A DNA stretch of 62,885 nt, the filler included, from Choristocarpus tenellus KU-1152 (lineage: Eukaryota; Protista; Phaeophyceae): assembly GCA_964200185.2 (NCBI GenBank). It is 12 parts of 12 records of this genome, joined end to end, with 100 filler letters (N's around TTAATTAATTAA, not from the genome) between each part and the next. Parts side by side here need not be neighbours in the genome. Positions count along the whole stretch, not along the records: positions 43,514 to 52,901 come from CAXNAD020003722.1; positions 53,002 to 59,242 come from CAXNAD020008593.1; positions 59,343 to 62,885 come from CAXNAD020019363.1; 9 more parts are not named here. One strand, given 5' to 3'. Shown here in pieces: positions 49,901 to 62,885 of this stretch. The notes beneath the pieces were generated by a model, which saw nothing but the letters and a program-made list of their open reading frames with translations, did not search any database and had not been told where the DNA came from. How positions within the stretch are numbered: position 1 is the first letter of the stretch; every line of letters starts with the position of its first letter. The position numbers and the translations under genes are program-made.

Positions 49901-52900
49901 CATCTGACATATAACGCGCTCTCTGATTGGCTGGATGCACACGCATATTCTCAGTCATCCATATATCCCAAATCTAATCAAAAGACGAGCATACAAGAAT
50001 ACACTTTGAAAATCTCTTTGGTTGTATTTTCTGATTCACACTACATTTTGATTCGGAACAGGAGAATCTGCTCTCCCTGACTGCTTTTTGCTTTCCAGAC
50101 TACAGGTTTAAATCTCGCCAATGGCACGTGGGGACTGGTACAGGTACCAATGGGTACAGGCGCACTTCTTCGAGGTCGTAAAATGATCACAAGTTCAGGT
50201 CTACAATGCACTGGAGCCACAGGCACAAGTTCAGGCCTAAGTCTCAGGTCACATTGTGGTTCTTCCATCCAGGTACTTGATTGTACATAAATCACAGGTA
50301 CAGGCATGAATTCGAGTTTGAGCATAATGTGGATCTCTGGTCCGGGTCTCAATTACTCTCAGGCCACATGTGCAAGTCAAGGTCCATACGGGTCCAGCGG
50401 CATGAAGCTTGGACCAACACCTTCCACCGTAATGATGCTTCTAACCCTAACCCTGAATCTAAGAACAGCAGAAGCGTGAAATTCTCTAATTATGAACCAA
50501 GCTGCACATGGATAAATGAGCTTTGTAGTATTCATTCATTTGCTATTCACCATAAGCCCAACAAATGTTTGAGCTGGTCGTACACAAATCCAGGACCTGG
50601 ATCCAAGATCACAGTTCCAGGTCCAGGCCCATGGGTAAACTGTACACCCGAGGTTCTGGTTCGAGATGCACTCCAGTGGTAGGTACAGAGAGGGGTCCGG
50701 GTCTCACATCACATTGTGGGTCGCAAGCGTTGCTGAAGTGAACTGTTCATGTATAGAAAATCTCGTGCCTTCTTTGCCCATACGAAATCAAGGTTATTTC
50801 AATACTTACAATGAGTTTGAAAATAATCCAGAGGAATCATGCCAGCACCTCAAAAATGACTACACACCATATTACTTGAAAGGTGAACGACAGGGTTGAT
50901 TGAGAATATTGCTGAATGTAACAAATCTGAAAATTTGTACAAATACTGTTACTCAACATAATGTTGACTGCATATCTATTTCAAAACGTTTTGGATAGGT
51001 GCCAGGAGGGTTGACAACGGAGCACAAGAAACGTTTCAGAAAACCTTGATTTCCATACGCTCAGGTATAGACACAAATACCTCTATCACAATCATCATCT
51101 GCCTGACTCACCAATGATGTATTCAGTAGAAAGTAATATCATACTTCTTTCAAGTATGCCCATACATCCAATAATCGAATGCAATGAATATACAACAGTT
51201 GAAAGCCTTAACTACTTTGCCAGTACCTACTGTAAATCTATCTCCTCCAAATTCTTTCGTGAGGATCCATGGTAAGCAGGCTATATCATCTAACCTTACC
51301 TCTTTTGACCAGATGTTCCATCTACTGGTAGAAGGGACTGGCATGATGAATGGCATTACAACAAATAGCACATCTTGCACTCATCCCATATCTTCCATAT
51401 GCCTTCACTCATCAGCAATACATACACAATTGGGGGGGGAAAGATCTTTTTGAGCGTGAGCATCGCTACTATTCACACAACATGACAAGCAGGCACTAAA
51501 TTGGTGCCAACACTATCACCTGTTAACACATTTCTCACTGTCCCTCCTTTGTTGCCAAGACTCCACACGCCTATGTTATACTAGAAGGTAATACCGCACC
51601 CTTCAAAAGGCTCCCATATTATCCTTTTACCTAACTCAAGCTCTTTGCATCCAGGTTTGGACTGGAATTATGACCAACAATAGTTTGAAGTAGTATCCGT
51701 TAATTACCTCAAGTACTTACCCACAATTCCAGCTCGAGAGAAGACACAATGATATTGCCAAAAAATGTCAACTTTCTATCAACATAGTCCTTGACACTAA
51801 GTAATGAGTACTAGAATATGATCCAAACCTTCTCTTTCTCATATTACATGGAACTGTTTCATGAGCACCCTTGCATATCTGCAGGAATTGCTGCTATGCT
51901 ATCATGATCAATTTCCTGCAAGCGAATGGTCATGCCCTGTAGAGGGCATGGGGCATAGACCGCATCAGCAAAGTAAATGCCCTCTGAATACAACCGTAGA
52001 TACTACTGCTCTCAGCAGCCACATGGTGGTTGCGACAAGGATCAAATTGAGCACAAATGCTGCTGCAATGATGGAATATAAAACATGTGTACAGATACAG
52101 TAGATATTATAGACAAACCATAATGCAAAGTCAAACCAGCTCTTGTTTTTTCTTGAACCAGGTAATCAATAGAACATTGCATAATTTAGAAGACTGAACT
52201 GTAGAATCATGAATTTGATATACACTGACCGCCCAATGTGTTCACCTCACTCACACCAAAATGGCATACCTTGGAGTTCTCGAGTCATACAATTGGTGAA
52301 CTAGAGATTATAATACAAAACGACTGAAACGAAATTTCTACCGTCTTTTTAGTAGCTACCTTGTACAAAATCACTTCTCACACCAACAAAAATAAACTCA
52401 TGTCATAATACCTAACCAACTACAGAAGGAGACCATTGCAGTGCAGTATGCCTTTCATACACCAATCAACCTTGGCATCCCTAGTGTCGGAAAGTACAAT
52501 ATTTAGAAATATGTAGAACATTTTCCTTGGTCTTATTTCTTGACTTTCAAGTCTATATATATATATATATCCTTCTTACATCTCTCTTATCTGAAATTTC
52601 TCATCAAGGGCCTGTGCAGATCAGACTACCAATGTGGTGAAATAATAATACAAACAATGAAAAATAGTCTAACAACCTAAGAGGGGAGTGTGTCTGACGG
52701 TTTGGGGCCCCTATGGCTTCCTTTTGGTACATCCATTTTGAACACGGTGGAGGGAACTCTTGGCTAACAGTGTGTTTACAACTAATATTATCTAGTCGTA
52801 TTTTTGTAAGGGGGATTAAATACCTCTCAGGCATGGACGTGTTGTAATTTCAGATACAACTTGTGTGGCATGTTGAAACCTGAATCGAATGCATCGTACA

Positions 52901-53001
52901 TNNNNNNNNNNNNNNNNNNNNNNNNNNNNNNNNNNNNNNNNNNNNTTAATTAATTAANNNNNNNNNNNNNNNNNNNNNNNNNNNNNNNNNNNNNNNNNNN
53001 N

Positions 53002-53099
53002 CGCACGTGTCGGATTTGAAACGTCAGCAAAAAAAAGAGTTGTTTGACCGAAACAGACACCCCCTCACACACCACGCCCCCCCACAGATACTTTGAACC
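53002..53099. mobile_element. MITE family A variant, one end (contig start)
   Basis: GCACGTGTCGGATTTGAAACGT...polyC-ACAGATACTTTGAACC. The interior matches 21625-21660. Confidence 0.8.
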
Positions 53100-55492
53100 T
53101 TTAGTGCATCCAGAATAGGCTGATGGGGCCACTGCTTTGCTGTCTTTCACATCCCTCAAGTCAAATCCTGGTTCTAAAGAAAACTCGAAGCCCATCAATA
53201 CCAAAAACGCCACATCTTGGAATCTTTACAGATGAGCTCATGATCCTAGGGTCATCGCACTATCTCCACATCTACGACCAATAAGTCACAGTTGTACAGG
53301 AGGTGAGGAAAGTATGATGACCCTGTCAGCTTGAGTCGGACATGCCCTTGGGCTTTGAAAAAGTGTTTACCCCAGGGGTTGAGAGTCTACACACCATCTT
53401 CTCAAACATTGTCACAAATGTGGAGAGAGCAATGCGGCCACATTAGCCTGAGTTAACCTGTACAGCTTCCAGAGAATGTTGGTACCAGCTGCCAAGGGCC
53501 TGCCTATCTTGTCCTGAAACCGGAAAATCTCACAGTATTGGATACAAGGGCGGGAACATTTCACTTGCCTGTATATAGCTTCTGGAGAGCGTTGATGAAG
53601 GGTGCAAAAGTGCGCTGTTGAAACAAGAGAAATCTATACTTGCATTTTAACAGTCAGGATGGTTGCCCCATACTTCAAGGTAGAGGCAGTCCTTGACTTG
53701 TTGGCCCCCAACACGATGTAATCTGCTTAGTCCGTGAAAGAGTGGAGCCCATGGTTTTGGGGGCAGCATTAATGTCCCAACAGAGGTTACAAGTGTCACA
53801 CTCTGCAGGGGAGGGTCTTCATGGTGCACACCTACATGACGGAGCAAAGGGTAAGGTGGTCAAGCTGAGGCACCTGAGAACAGTTAGGATATGCCCAACT
53901 CTGAGCAGAGCATTGGCAGATACGTAAATATTTTGTACTCCTGGGGTCGTGAAATAACCATGTTGTTCAGAGGCGGATAATACCAAAGTCGTAGAAAGGG
54001 GGTTTACAAACGTAATTTACCCAGGCAAGAAAACCCTAAAGCTTCCTGTTGGTCACTCGCGAAAAGCAGACCTATAAGATTGCCTCCAAGTGGAACTGGC
54101 GGTTTTTTACTCTGACAACAAGATGAATGTTCATCTCTCGAACACTTCTGTGCCTTGGATGATGTTGAAGTATCCCACACTGGACCCGCGGCTTTGGTGT
54201 TTTGATGAGAGACAATGAACAGCTTAATGTAGATGTGCAAAGTTGTTATTACAAGGGGCTTGTGGTCTCGATTCCGTAGACTGACTACGTGAGTGAGACA
54301 AGTGCAGACTACCATGTGGGATTTGCAACGTCCACATAGATAATCAGAAAATAAAACTATATTAAGAAAATAATACTATCACTTGTGTCTATAGTGTATC
54401 AGCAGCACTATCTATGAAGAGATGACACACCTTTGGAGGGCAGTTGTGGCTCAGTTCAGAGGCCATAGCATTATGTACTTAGGTACTTTTGTTTTTCGGC
54501 ATTCCCTTCCATATTTGTGAAGGTCCAATGCCAAAGTAAGGGGTATTGGTGGAATAACTCAGATCGATCAGTCTCTCTCCGCTGCCTGATCATTGCATCT
54601 ATCGACAGTACAAATACCGAAGGGCTAATTCCTTGACCATTCGCCATCCTGCTTGTCCTCAGGACCATGCCCTCACTCTGGTTTGCGTTGTGGATAGACT
54701 TTCTCAAAAACAGGGCAACATAGTATGCATCTCTTCCAAAATTTCCCTTAGCCAAGAAACAATTGGATTCTTTTCTGGCAACCATTCTCTCCTCATAGTG
54801 TCCTATCAGAAATTGGAAGGAACATTTTCGCTCCTCTGATCGGATTTTGTGAGGAGATGAATTGTTGTTGGGGTGGTACTGCTACCCACTCTTGTCACCG
54901 AGGTAGGTTGGTCTCTTTCTTAGGGTGGGGTCCTCCGACTGGGACTCATCCTTGTCATATCCACACTCAGCTCCTATGCCAATTAAGTGAGATGAGGAAG
55001 AACGCTATTGCTCTCTAAGCACATCAAAACAACAATGCCGTTGGAGATAGGAACCAACCCCACTAGGGAGTCAAGGGCTGATAGAGACCATAATCTCAAT
55101 CCTGACCCTCCTGTATCTATTACAGGAACAAGTCCTGGTAAATATCAACATTAAACACATCACAAAAAAGTGTAAGACTTACAGTTGAGCGTACAATCAT
55201 ACGAAAAATTGGGATACTTGACTGTTTTTGAAATACTCTATCGAAGTCGCTTTCAGGTTCCTACCATTAACCTCGTGTTCCCCAGACTTCTGTAGACTCT
55301 GTAGACTCGATTTCTACAGAAGATTGGGTTACAGACTGTAAGGAAGAGTACACATGCTCTTTGATGGTTCGAATAGGACCCAAGGAAGACTTAAAGCAAC
55401 GTAGAACGTCGATAATAATAACTGGATTTGCCTGTGGAGGTGGTTGAAGGTTGCGAGGAAAAACTGGTCTTCTTTGCCCCTGTCATTCTACC

Positions 55493-58400
55493 ATGGCGGC
55501 ACAAGGGCCCGGTGTGGGTGAGGAATTGGCTATGCTTGACAGAGTGCTTCACCGCTTGGTAGTAACAGACGATGAAAAGCTTTCTCCTGTGCTGGACAAG
55601 CTGTTGCCCAAGTTGGTCAATATGCTGAATACCTCCTCCCGAGATGTGCGCCCCAAGGTAGTCGACGTTCTCAGTCATGTTAGTAAACGGGCACGACCAA
55701 ACATCAATATTATCCTACCCTGTATGGAGCTGCTTATGGTGTGCAAAGATGTTTCCCCAACCTCGTTCGCCTTCAACTTCGGCCTCCTCTTCCTCGAGAT
55801 GGGTCTTCCTCGTTGTACCCCGGCCGAGCAAGGCGCAATTGCAATAAAAATTGCCCACGGGATCGGAAGACTTCCTCGGTACTCGACCTCCCAAACTACC
55901 CTACTCAACTTATTCCTCGGTGCTCTAGAAAATATGCCCCTTCGCAGCCTTGGCAACGGAGATACGAGCGGCAGTGCACAGCTTCGAACGGAGGACATGA
56001 TTGAGGTTACCGATTGGTTCTTGGATATCGCGCTTTATCCGGGTGTTTTGACGCGTGAGGGAAGCTCCTACCCAGGGATCTCTGCAGCTGGACTGGTGAG
56101 GCTCACTCTCAAGGAGAAAAATTGGCCAGGTGAGCTCCTCGTAGTTCGCAAGTTGGCCGTGTTAAGGGCAATGCGATCAGATCTCTTCGACCCCACTGCA
56201 GTGGTCGCACCAGCCCTGGCCGCGGCTTGTAATCCCCATCACGAGGTTATCAAGGCCGCTGAGGATCTCCTCAAGAGCATCTCTTCCTCGGATCGTGAAG
56301 GGAAACTCCAGCGGGACGCTGGTGTTGCTGGTAGCGTGCTCGGCCTTGTACTGGAAGGGTCGCGACCAATCAGCACAAGTGGAACAGAATCGTCTTCAAC
56401 AGCAGCATCGGTCTCAAGATCTGCTGTCCCCACAGCATTGGCAGCAAGGGCACTCACATGGCTCGAGGCAGAGTGCCCTGAAGGCACCATTGCCCGGGCA
56501 TTGGATGCGGTTCGGGTGGTTTTCCTGGCTCTGCTTGGTGGGAATCAGGGTAGGGCTGGGGGAGATGCAAATACTCTGCCGCAGACACTAGACCGGGCTA
56601 ACACAGCCCGACTAAAGGCAGCAGGTGGAAGACTTGCAGCCTTCCTGGCGGCGCGTTGCCCAGCTCCTACCCTCCCACTTATGGGGCCACTCCTTCTACA
56701 GGCTGTGCAGCGGGTACTTTTGGAGCACTCTGGCCAGGTTGTGGATGGGAATGAGGCAGGAATGACCACAATAGGCACAAATATCACTGCCTCTGGAGCA
56801 GGGGGTGGGAGGGGAAGTGTAGGGGTAACCCTGGATCCCAAACCTGGAGCTGCAGTGTCCCTACAAGTGCAGGTTCAACATACTGCTATGCTGGAGGCCT
56901 GCTACGAGGCTCTTGCCTCCCTGGCAGCACGCCGGCCAGAGATTTTTGCTGGAGACACTACGGTGCCACGCTTACTCTTCTCAGAACTTTCAGCAAAGGA
57001 ACCAGTACTGCGGGTCAAGATCAGTGCTGCTCTAGGGGCTCTGAAGGTGTGTGCCTCCAGTAGTTGTCAACATCATTGCAACAACAAACAACACAATGTA
57101 CAGTCTAGATTTGCCCTGAACATACACACATGAACTCTTCCCATTTTCGAACTGGGCAGGGTGCTTACCGGGGGACTGAGGAGGTCTCTTCTCTTGCAGG
57201 GACAACTCCAGGTGCATCGGGGAGATCCATATCACCTCGTCAGACAATGGGACAAACTCCAGTGGCCATGCTCCGTCATCCTGAGGGTGCCCTGGCATCA
57301 GAGCTCTGGACATTGCTTGAGAGTGCTGCGGCCTCCACAGAGCACCGCTCCCGCCTGTGTGCAGTAGAGTGGGCTTGCGACCTCTTTCCATTCTCAAGTG
57401 TCCCAGCACGGCGACTTTGTATGTCCTTGTGTGATGATGGCGTGACTGCTGTCCGTGCCGCTGCAACACGAGGCCTTTGTCCCCCAACTCCTTTTACTTC
57501 AGTGGCAAAGGCAACTGTCCAACTGCCTGGGGGACTTGTAGAAGGAGGCATGAGAAAAGCTTCTGTTTTTCACCGATACCCAACATTTTCGGGTTTTGTT
57601 CTGGGAGCCCTGCAGAAAGACAGGACATCAGGGATGGGTACAAGTGTTGAGGAGGCCATTGGCCCAGGTGACGGACCACTAGATCTGCCTCCGGCAGCCC
57701 TGGCAAGGGGCTTGGACTTTGCAATGGAGTGTTGGCGGGAAATGGGAGTCGAGATTGATGGAGTTGCAGGAAGTGTCGATGCCTCTAGTAGTTGTAAGCA
57801 GGAAGCGGCCTCAATGGATGTTCGAACGCATGGTTTAGTAGATATTGAAGCACATGCTGAGTCCAAGGCCCTAGGTATCTTTGTAGAGCTCATTGAGGCT
57901 GCCCTTCGCCACGCCCCATCGGCGGTAGATGGTCAGCATGGTCATTCACAGACAATGCTCCTGCACCGATCTGCAGCCATCGCCCTCTGGCACCTCATAA
58001 AACCAGTGGCTTGGACTGATGTTGAACCTCGGAGGGATGCCCACAATTCAATGTCTGAGTTCGGAAGTGTGTCTAGATCTGGGCCTAGAATCCAAGGTAG
58101 GGCCAGGCTCCTGTCCAAGGCAGCAGAGGGTGTTGCAGCAGGGTTGGCAGTTCGTGGGCCGTGGCTGCAGCAGTGGTTGGGACACGAGACATCAACAGAG
58201 ATCAGGGAAGCTTTTGCAGGGGTGACAGGTGTGGTGGCAACTTTCATGAATCCAGACATGGAACTTGTGCCACTATTGCGAGCTCTGTGCTTAAAACTCA
58301 AGGTGAGTTGGTGTGAATGTATGGCAGTAGGTGGGAGGAGTGGTTTTTGGTGGTTTTTGGTGGGGTATTGGATTAGTCTTTTTGGAAGGGAAGTATTTAA

Positions 58401-59242
58401 TTCTGCCTACTCATTCGTGGAAGAGGTCATACCAAGTGATTAACAGAGGTGTTACATGTTGGGGTTGACTAGCTTTGATCTCTCAATTCTCCTCCTTGCT
58501 TCATGCCTCTCTCTTCTGCATGAGTTCTCTGACCGCAAGACATGATGTGCAGATTTGTTCTCATACAACCTGAAGAGTTAATTGGTGAAAATGGTTGTTC
58601 TCTTGAGGACTCTGTCTGACTTTCCTATCCTCTCCTTCGTGTCAAAGCAACTCTAATAATTGATAGTAAGGTGTTTCTGGTTTTCCCCAGATGAAATGCA
58701 TTCAACATTTTGTTGGAACATGATCAGGCTCTAGAGAAGATTCCCTTCAATTTCCCAGTGAGAAAAAGCTCTCTACAGAATTCTCTGTAGTAACTAAACA
58801 GTAGACTGCACTTGTACTAGTAGTGCCTCGTGTGCACAGCAATCAGCCACTGCTGCCTTTCTATCTCCACTACATCCACCGGCATTTCTACCCCTCTCCA
58901 AGCAGTGTGTGCATTACTGTATGATGTTCTTTCGATCAGATTTTGGCATAGCCAATTGTAGAAAAACTCTGTCTGATGTCATTTATGCAGCTGCAATGGT
59001 TTTTCCTCAAACCCCCGGCCTCAACAACACCCTCGAGCTGACACCTCTGTTGTTGCACATTGACCCCACGATTTCAGTCAGTAACTTGCTCCACTCTGTT
59101 TCCTCTCACCCCCTCAACTAAGCAGGCCTCCACAGAGGCACACACTGGTGTGCTCAGCAACAGGACGATTTGTGCCGCTCATGGGGCCGCATGTGCAATT
59201 GGTGCTATACTCCAAAATCTTGCCACCATGTCACCACCCCAA
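55493..59242 (+). CDS. ECM29: Proteasome adapter and scaffold protein ECM29; exons 55493-57046, 57160-58302, 59126-59242 (truncated by contig end)
   Basis: The N-terminus ELAMLDRVLHRLVVTDDEKLSPVLDKLLPKLVNML...VRPKVVDVLSHVSKR matches ECM29. RLCAVEWACDLFPFSSVPARRLC and HGAACAIG follow, in a HEAT-like helical sequence. GT-AG phase-0 introns join ORFs 55451-57133 and 57130-58443. Confidence 0.9.
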
Positions 59243-59342
59243 NNNNNNNNNNNNNNNNNNNNNNNNNNNNNNNNNNNNNNNNNNNNTTAATTAATTAANN
59301 NNNNNNNNNNNNNNNNNNNNNNNNNNNNNNNNNNNNNNNNNN

Positions 59343-59358
59343 CCAGATACTTTGAACC
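59343..59358. mobile_element. MITE family A terminal 16 bp (contig start)
   Basis: CCAGATACTTTGAACC. Confidence 0.7.
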
Positions 59359-60521
59359 TGAACTCCATGACAAGGGGAGTGGAAGGGGTGTGACTGAACA
59401 TATCGTTGCCTGATTGTCAGCGTCCTCAATGATCAGCATGTGCTGTCACAAACAATATGAACATTGCACCTACTTGAAAAAACAGTGGAGTCTCAACACC
59501 ACGGACACAATGCTGTGAGAAGCAACCAGGGAATTCTATGTGTGTCTATTACATGTACTACTTGTTATGTACCAGTATGTTCGGGTTGAGGAGTACTATG
59601 GACTTGCTATAGGCTGTGATATTTCAAAATGAATGGACTCAACAAAGAAGAGGGAGACATACATGATTCTGGTTGAACCAACTGGAGAGTACAGTGTGCG
59701 CTTGAATTACAGCATTATAGCGCATACAGTATTATATATACTCACTCATGTGTGGATCATATTATACTGCTACTACTATTAATACTATAAAATGTGACAT
59801 ACGATCATAAAAGTAGTCAACAACAGAATAGAGATATAGAGGGGGGAGGGAGAGGACAGCTGCTTCCATCCTCTAGCAGAAAAAAGAGGTGCTGTTTTCC
59901 AAGCTGAAAGGATGGAGCAGATGGAGTTCTCTTCTCCTCTCCATCATACATGATCCAAATAGGTATGATAACTCGATGGCAAAACGGCCCACTTCCTCCT
60001 TTCATGCCTTGCTCCTTGCTACTTCACCCACTGTCGTTGTACTTGCCCACAAATAATATTCTCTACCATATACCACTGGTGCTGTTATTGTGTTATACAC
60101 GGTATGTCAACAGCCAATAATGATGGACAACCCAACCGCTATTATTGCATACCACAACCAGTTACTTGTGCATACACTGCAGTTGTGACTCGCTGACTTC
60201 CTTGCCACCCAAGTGCCACACACATAGACTTAGCCTATACAGGTACCTACACTGAGTTATTTATATTACTACTGTGGTAGAGCCCTATTGATCGTATGTA
60301 GGAAGGGATTGGTTCTCCATCCATCACCCATTTGGCCTTGCTTATGATGATGAACAAAGAAAGGCTTTTGAGTACCAAACCACACTAACGACTCGAAGCA
60401 TAGAAAAGGGTTTGCCTAGACAACATGAATGTTCTCCTTCTTCAACCACATGCTTTTTCTAATTTACTGGGGCAATAAGTTACACATCTTGGACTTAATT
60501 GATACTATGTGGCAGAATACC

Positions 60522-60716
60522 GTCTCAAAGTATCTGGGAGCTGGGGGAGGGGGGGCGGGGAGAGTCTACACCAGGGTGCCCATTCGGGCCCTGACTACGA
60601 GAAGTGCCCTTACATTATCCATCCGATGCATGCAACCAAATCACCCAATAATCTCGACTTGGAAAACTGGGACCCAAATGGACAGTCGCCACCCCCCCCC
60701 CCAGATACTTTGACCC
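60522..60716. mobile_element. MITE family A, full copy
   Basis: GTCTCAAAGTATCTGGG ... polyC-AGATACTTTGACCC, with flanks ACC/ACT (one mismatch). Confidence 0.88.
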
Positions 60717-62000
60717 ACTAATTGGTAAGGCATATTGACACCTTGTCTACAATATGACTTTGTCCCTTCAATCCTTGGGCAACACTTTTTTAGTGAGTGC
60801 ACTCACCATCACCTTTGCTAGAAATGCCTCTAAAAACGTGCGCTTGAGATTTTGTAGCAACCGTGACAATCTGTTACACTCACTAAAATGATAAGCATTT
60901 TAGAATACCTAGGAAAATAGTTGCTGAGACAGATTGCTATACCTACTGTACAACGAAATAAGAGAGTAACACAATAGCAAGCTGTGCATTACATTGTTCA
61001 AGTACCAATCAACAAATAGGAGAGTGGGGAAGTAAAAGAAAAAGATAGAAGACCTGTATCTCCAGTCCTTTTATTTTGGCATAATGCTTACGCAGACAGT
61101 TAAACCAAATCTTTGTGTACGCTTGCTAACTATCCGATGCCTATGAATGGACATGTGCATGTCACCTGTTTGTGACTGAGTAGTTTGTACAACTGGAAGT
61201 GTTTTTAAATTAAGGCACTGTCCAACCCACATCTGAGGTCAGAACTTCATGATGAGGAGGAATACGTATTCTTCTACATGTAACTCTTGTCCGAACGTAT
61301 GACATCATTATTATAAAAAAAAAGAAAATCAGCAGGATTTTTTTTTAAATTGTGCTTGATTCGTAGTCTGTAGTGTCATCCAGTTATATTTTTTATTGTT
61401 ATTGTTGGAACGGTGCTCCAAAAAAATGCACCCATGCACTGCCCCTCAACCACCATGGAGAACCTTGTCCTCGCTTCATTTTCTGGACTTCAATAGTTCC
61501 CTTAAATACCACACTCCGAACACCTTGACAAACAAAAAAAAGGCGCCACATTCTCTTCTCATCAGATATCATATACATACACACCAACAAAAACAGTCAC
61601 GTCTTGTAACAGTTCAATGATGGGGACCCAGTTGAGTTCCCTGCTCAGGTCACTACACTGATTGTTCTACTGGCCATGTTTGCCTCCTTGACTGCTCTGC
61701 AAAATATGGTTAGACACCACACTATGTCCTTGTGGCATGCACTACATGCAAGAAGGGTAACCACTATCCATAGTCCCATGCATTAAGAGAAAGAGGGAGG
61801 GGAGGGGGGGTACTTCTTTACATTCTTGTATTTTCATCGAAAGCAAGCCCCAAATTCGTACCCCAGAAAGTCAGGTGGAAAATACATTAAAAAGGAACCC
61901 ACAAAAAAGAATATGCACAAGTACAAAAACATGATCTCAAGTGAATGTCCAAGCAGTGGGTGAAAGTATGTTACATTGTACCCCAAAACCTTTATGGCTG

Positions 62001-62885
62001 TCACCTCTGGGGCTTCTTCCCCCTTCCCCTCCCCCTTCCTCCTCTACTCCTATTCCTATGTGGTTGGTGCTCATCCCAGTCTCTCCAGTCTCTCCATCCG
62101 CTTGCCCCTCCCCCTTCTTTGTCTTCTGTTGTTGTCTTTACCATGACCCTTCCATCTTGTAGGGACCACGTTCTCTGTGCTGGTTTGTCAACAATCCCTT
62201 CTCTTCGTCGCTGTCTTTCCACTATATTCTTTATAGGCTTAGCTCCCACCTCAGCTGTATCTAGCGCTGAATCTGTTGTGACCACAAGGTTTTGGACACG
62301 TCCAACTATTCCTCCCTTGAGCAAGACCTGCATTGAGTGTGTGATAAGTCATTCAACGGACATGTCACGATCCAACCGTGTGCATTTCCTGATTCCCTCC
62401 ACTGTTGTTGAGCGATAGGCACAATATGGGCATCACGTTGCATATATGTGCATGTATCACTGTATTCATGGCCATAATCTTGCGGTCAGTTCAACAAGAA
62501 TGCGGTATTTCTGCGCTCGGGTGTTTCATGTGAACATGCTGACCAAACACCTCCCCTTTTGACACAGCGCTTATTACTACGAGGTATTTCAACACATACA
62601 ACCCGCGCGAATAAGATGAACTCACAATCGATCTTTTACCCTAATACCATGGTTCTTCCCTCCATTTTCTGGGAGAAGATAAAAAACACAACCAATACTA
62701 TCACGATACACACGTGACTGTCACCTTTATACCCCTTGGATGAAACGGTGCACTCGTCAAACACCGTCCCACAATCCCTGTTGTTAGCTCCCCTGAATGC
62801 TGGTGGTGTTTTTGCACAATCTCTACTTCCGTCCCCACTGGTACATTGGCCCGGTGCTGCCCAGGTCTTGGGGGGCCGTAGTCTC
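62001..62885 (-). CDS. YwbE-family (DUF2196) protein with an RGG-rich tail; exons 62885-62725 and 62327-62001; 5' end outside the window
   Basis: Spliced translation gives GQHRANVPVGTEVEIVQKHHQHSGELTTGIVGRCLTSAPFHPRGIK|VLLKGGIVGRVQNL, matching the YwbE pattern V.IV.K.DQ..G.LT.G.V..+LT....HP.GIKV.L..G.VGRV. The intron is GT-AG, phase 0. Confidence 0.85.

Noticed and set aside
1-62885. Gene cluster linking RT, ParB-like, GT49, ChaN, ECM29 and YwbE
   Set aside because: Each lies on a different contig, so their proximity is artificial.

Overview
This window is not one locus. It is 12 short contigs joined by 11 identical 100-nt artificial spacers (N44-TTAATTAATTAA-N44), so adjacency across a spacer means nothing. 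The DNA is eukaryotic: it has GT-AG introns, and one gene carries an ASAFAP-type bipartite plastid presequence. That points to a photosynthetic stramenopile, probably a brown alga or relative. Partial spliced host genes that can be reconstructed by eye: an At1g16080-like (ketopantoate-reductase-like) protein, a GT49/LARGE-like glycosyltransferase, a plastid/lumen-targeted ChaN (Tiki haem-binding) protein, proteasome adapter ECM29, and a YwbE (DUF2196) protein with an RGG tail. Most of the rest is repeat-derived. It includes two related high-copy MITE families (about 23 copies, mostly 3-bp TSDs), a decayed CRE-like non-LTR retrotransposon, three Ty1/copia gag(-protease) relics, a probable decayed KDZ transposase and several satellites. 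The most unusual items are a 4-kb decayed gene with a ParB/Srx-like (DUF3723-like) motif, the KDZ relic, a satellite apparently born from a MITE, and a 72-bp bacterial IS3 fragment at a contig end. No rRNA, tRNA or CRISPR array was recognised. Family assignments come from recalled motifs, not database searches. I do not see firm evidence of a complete novel system.
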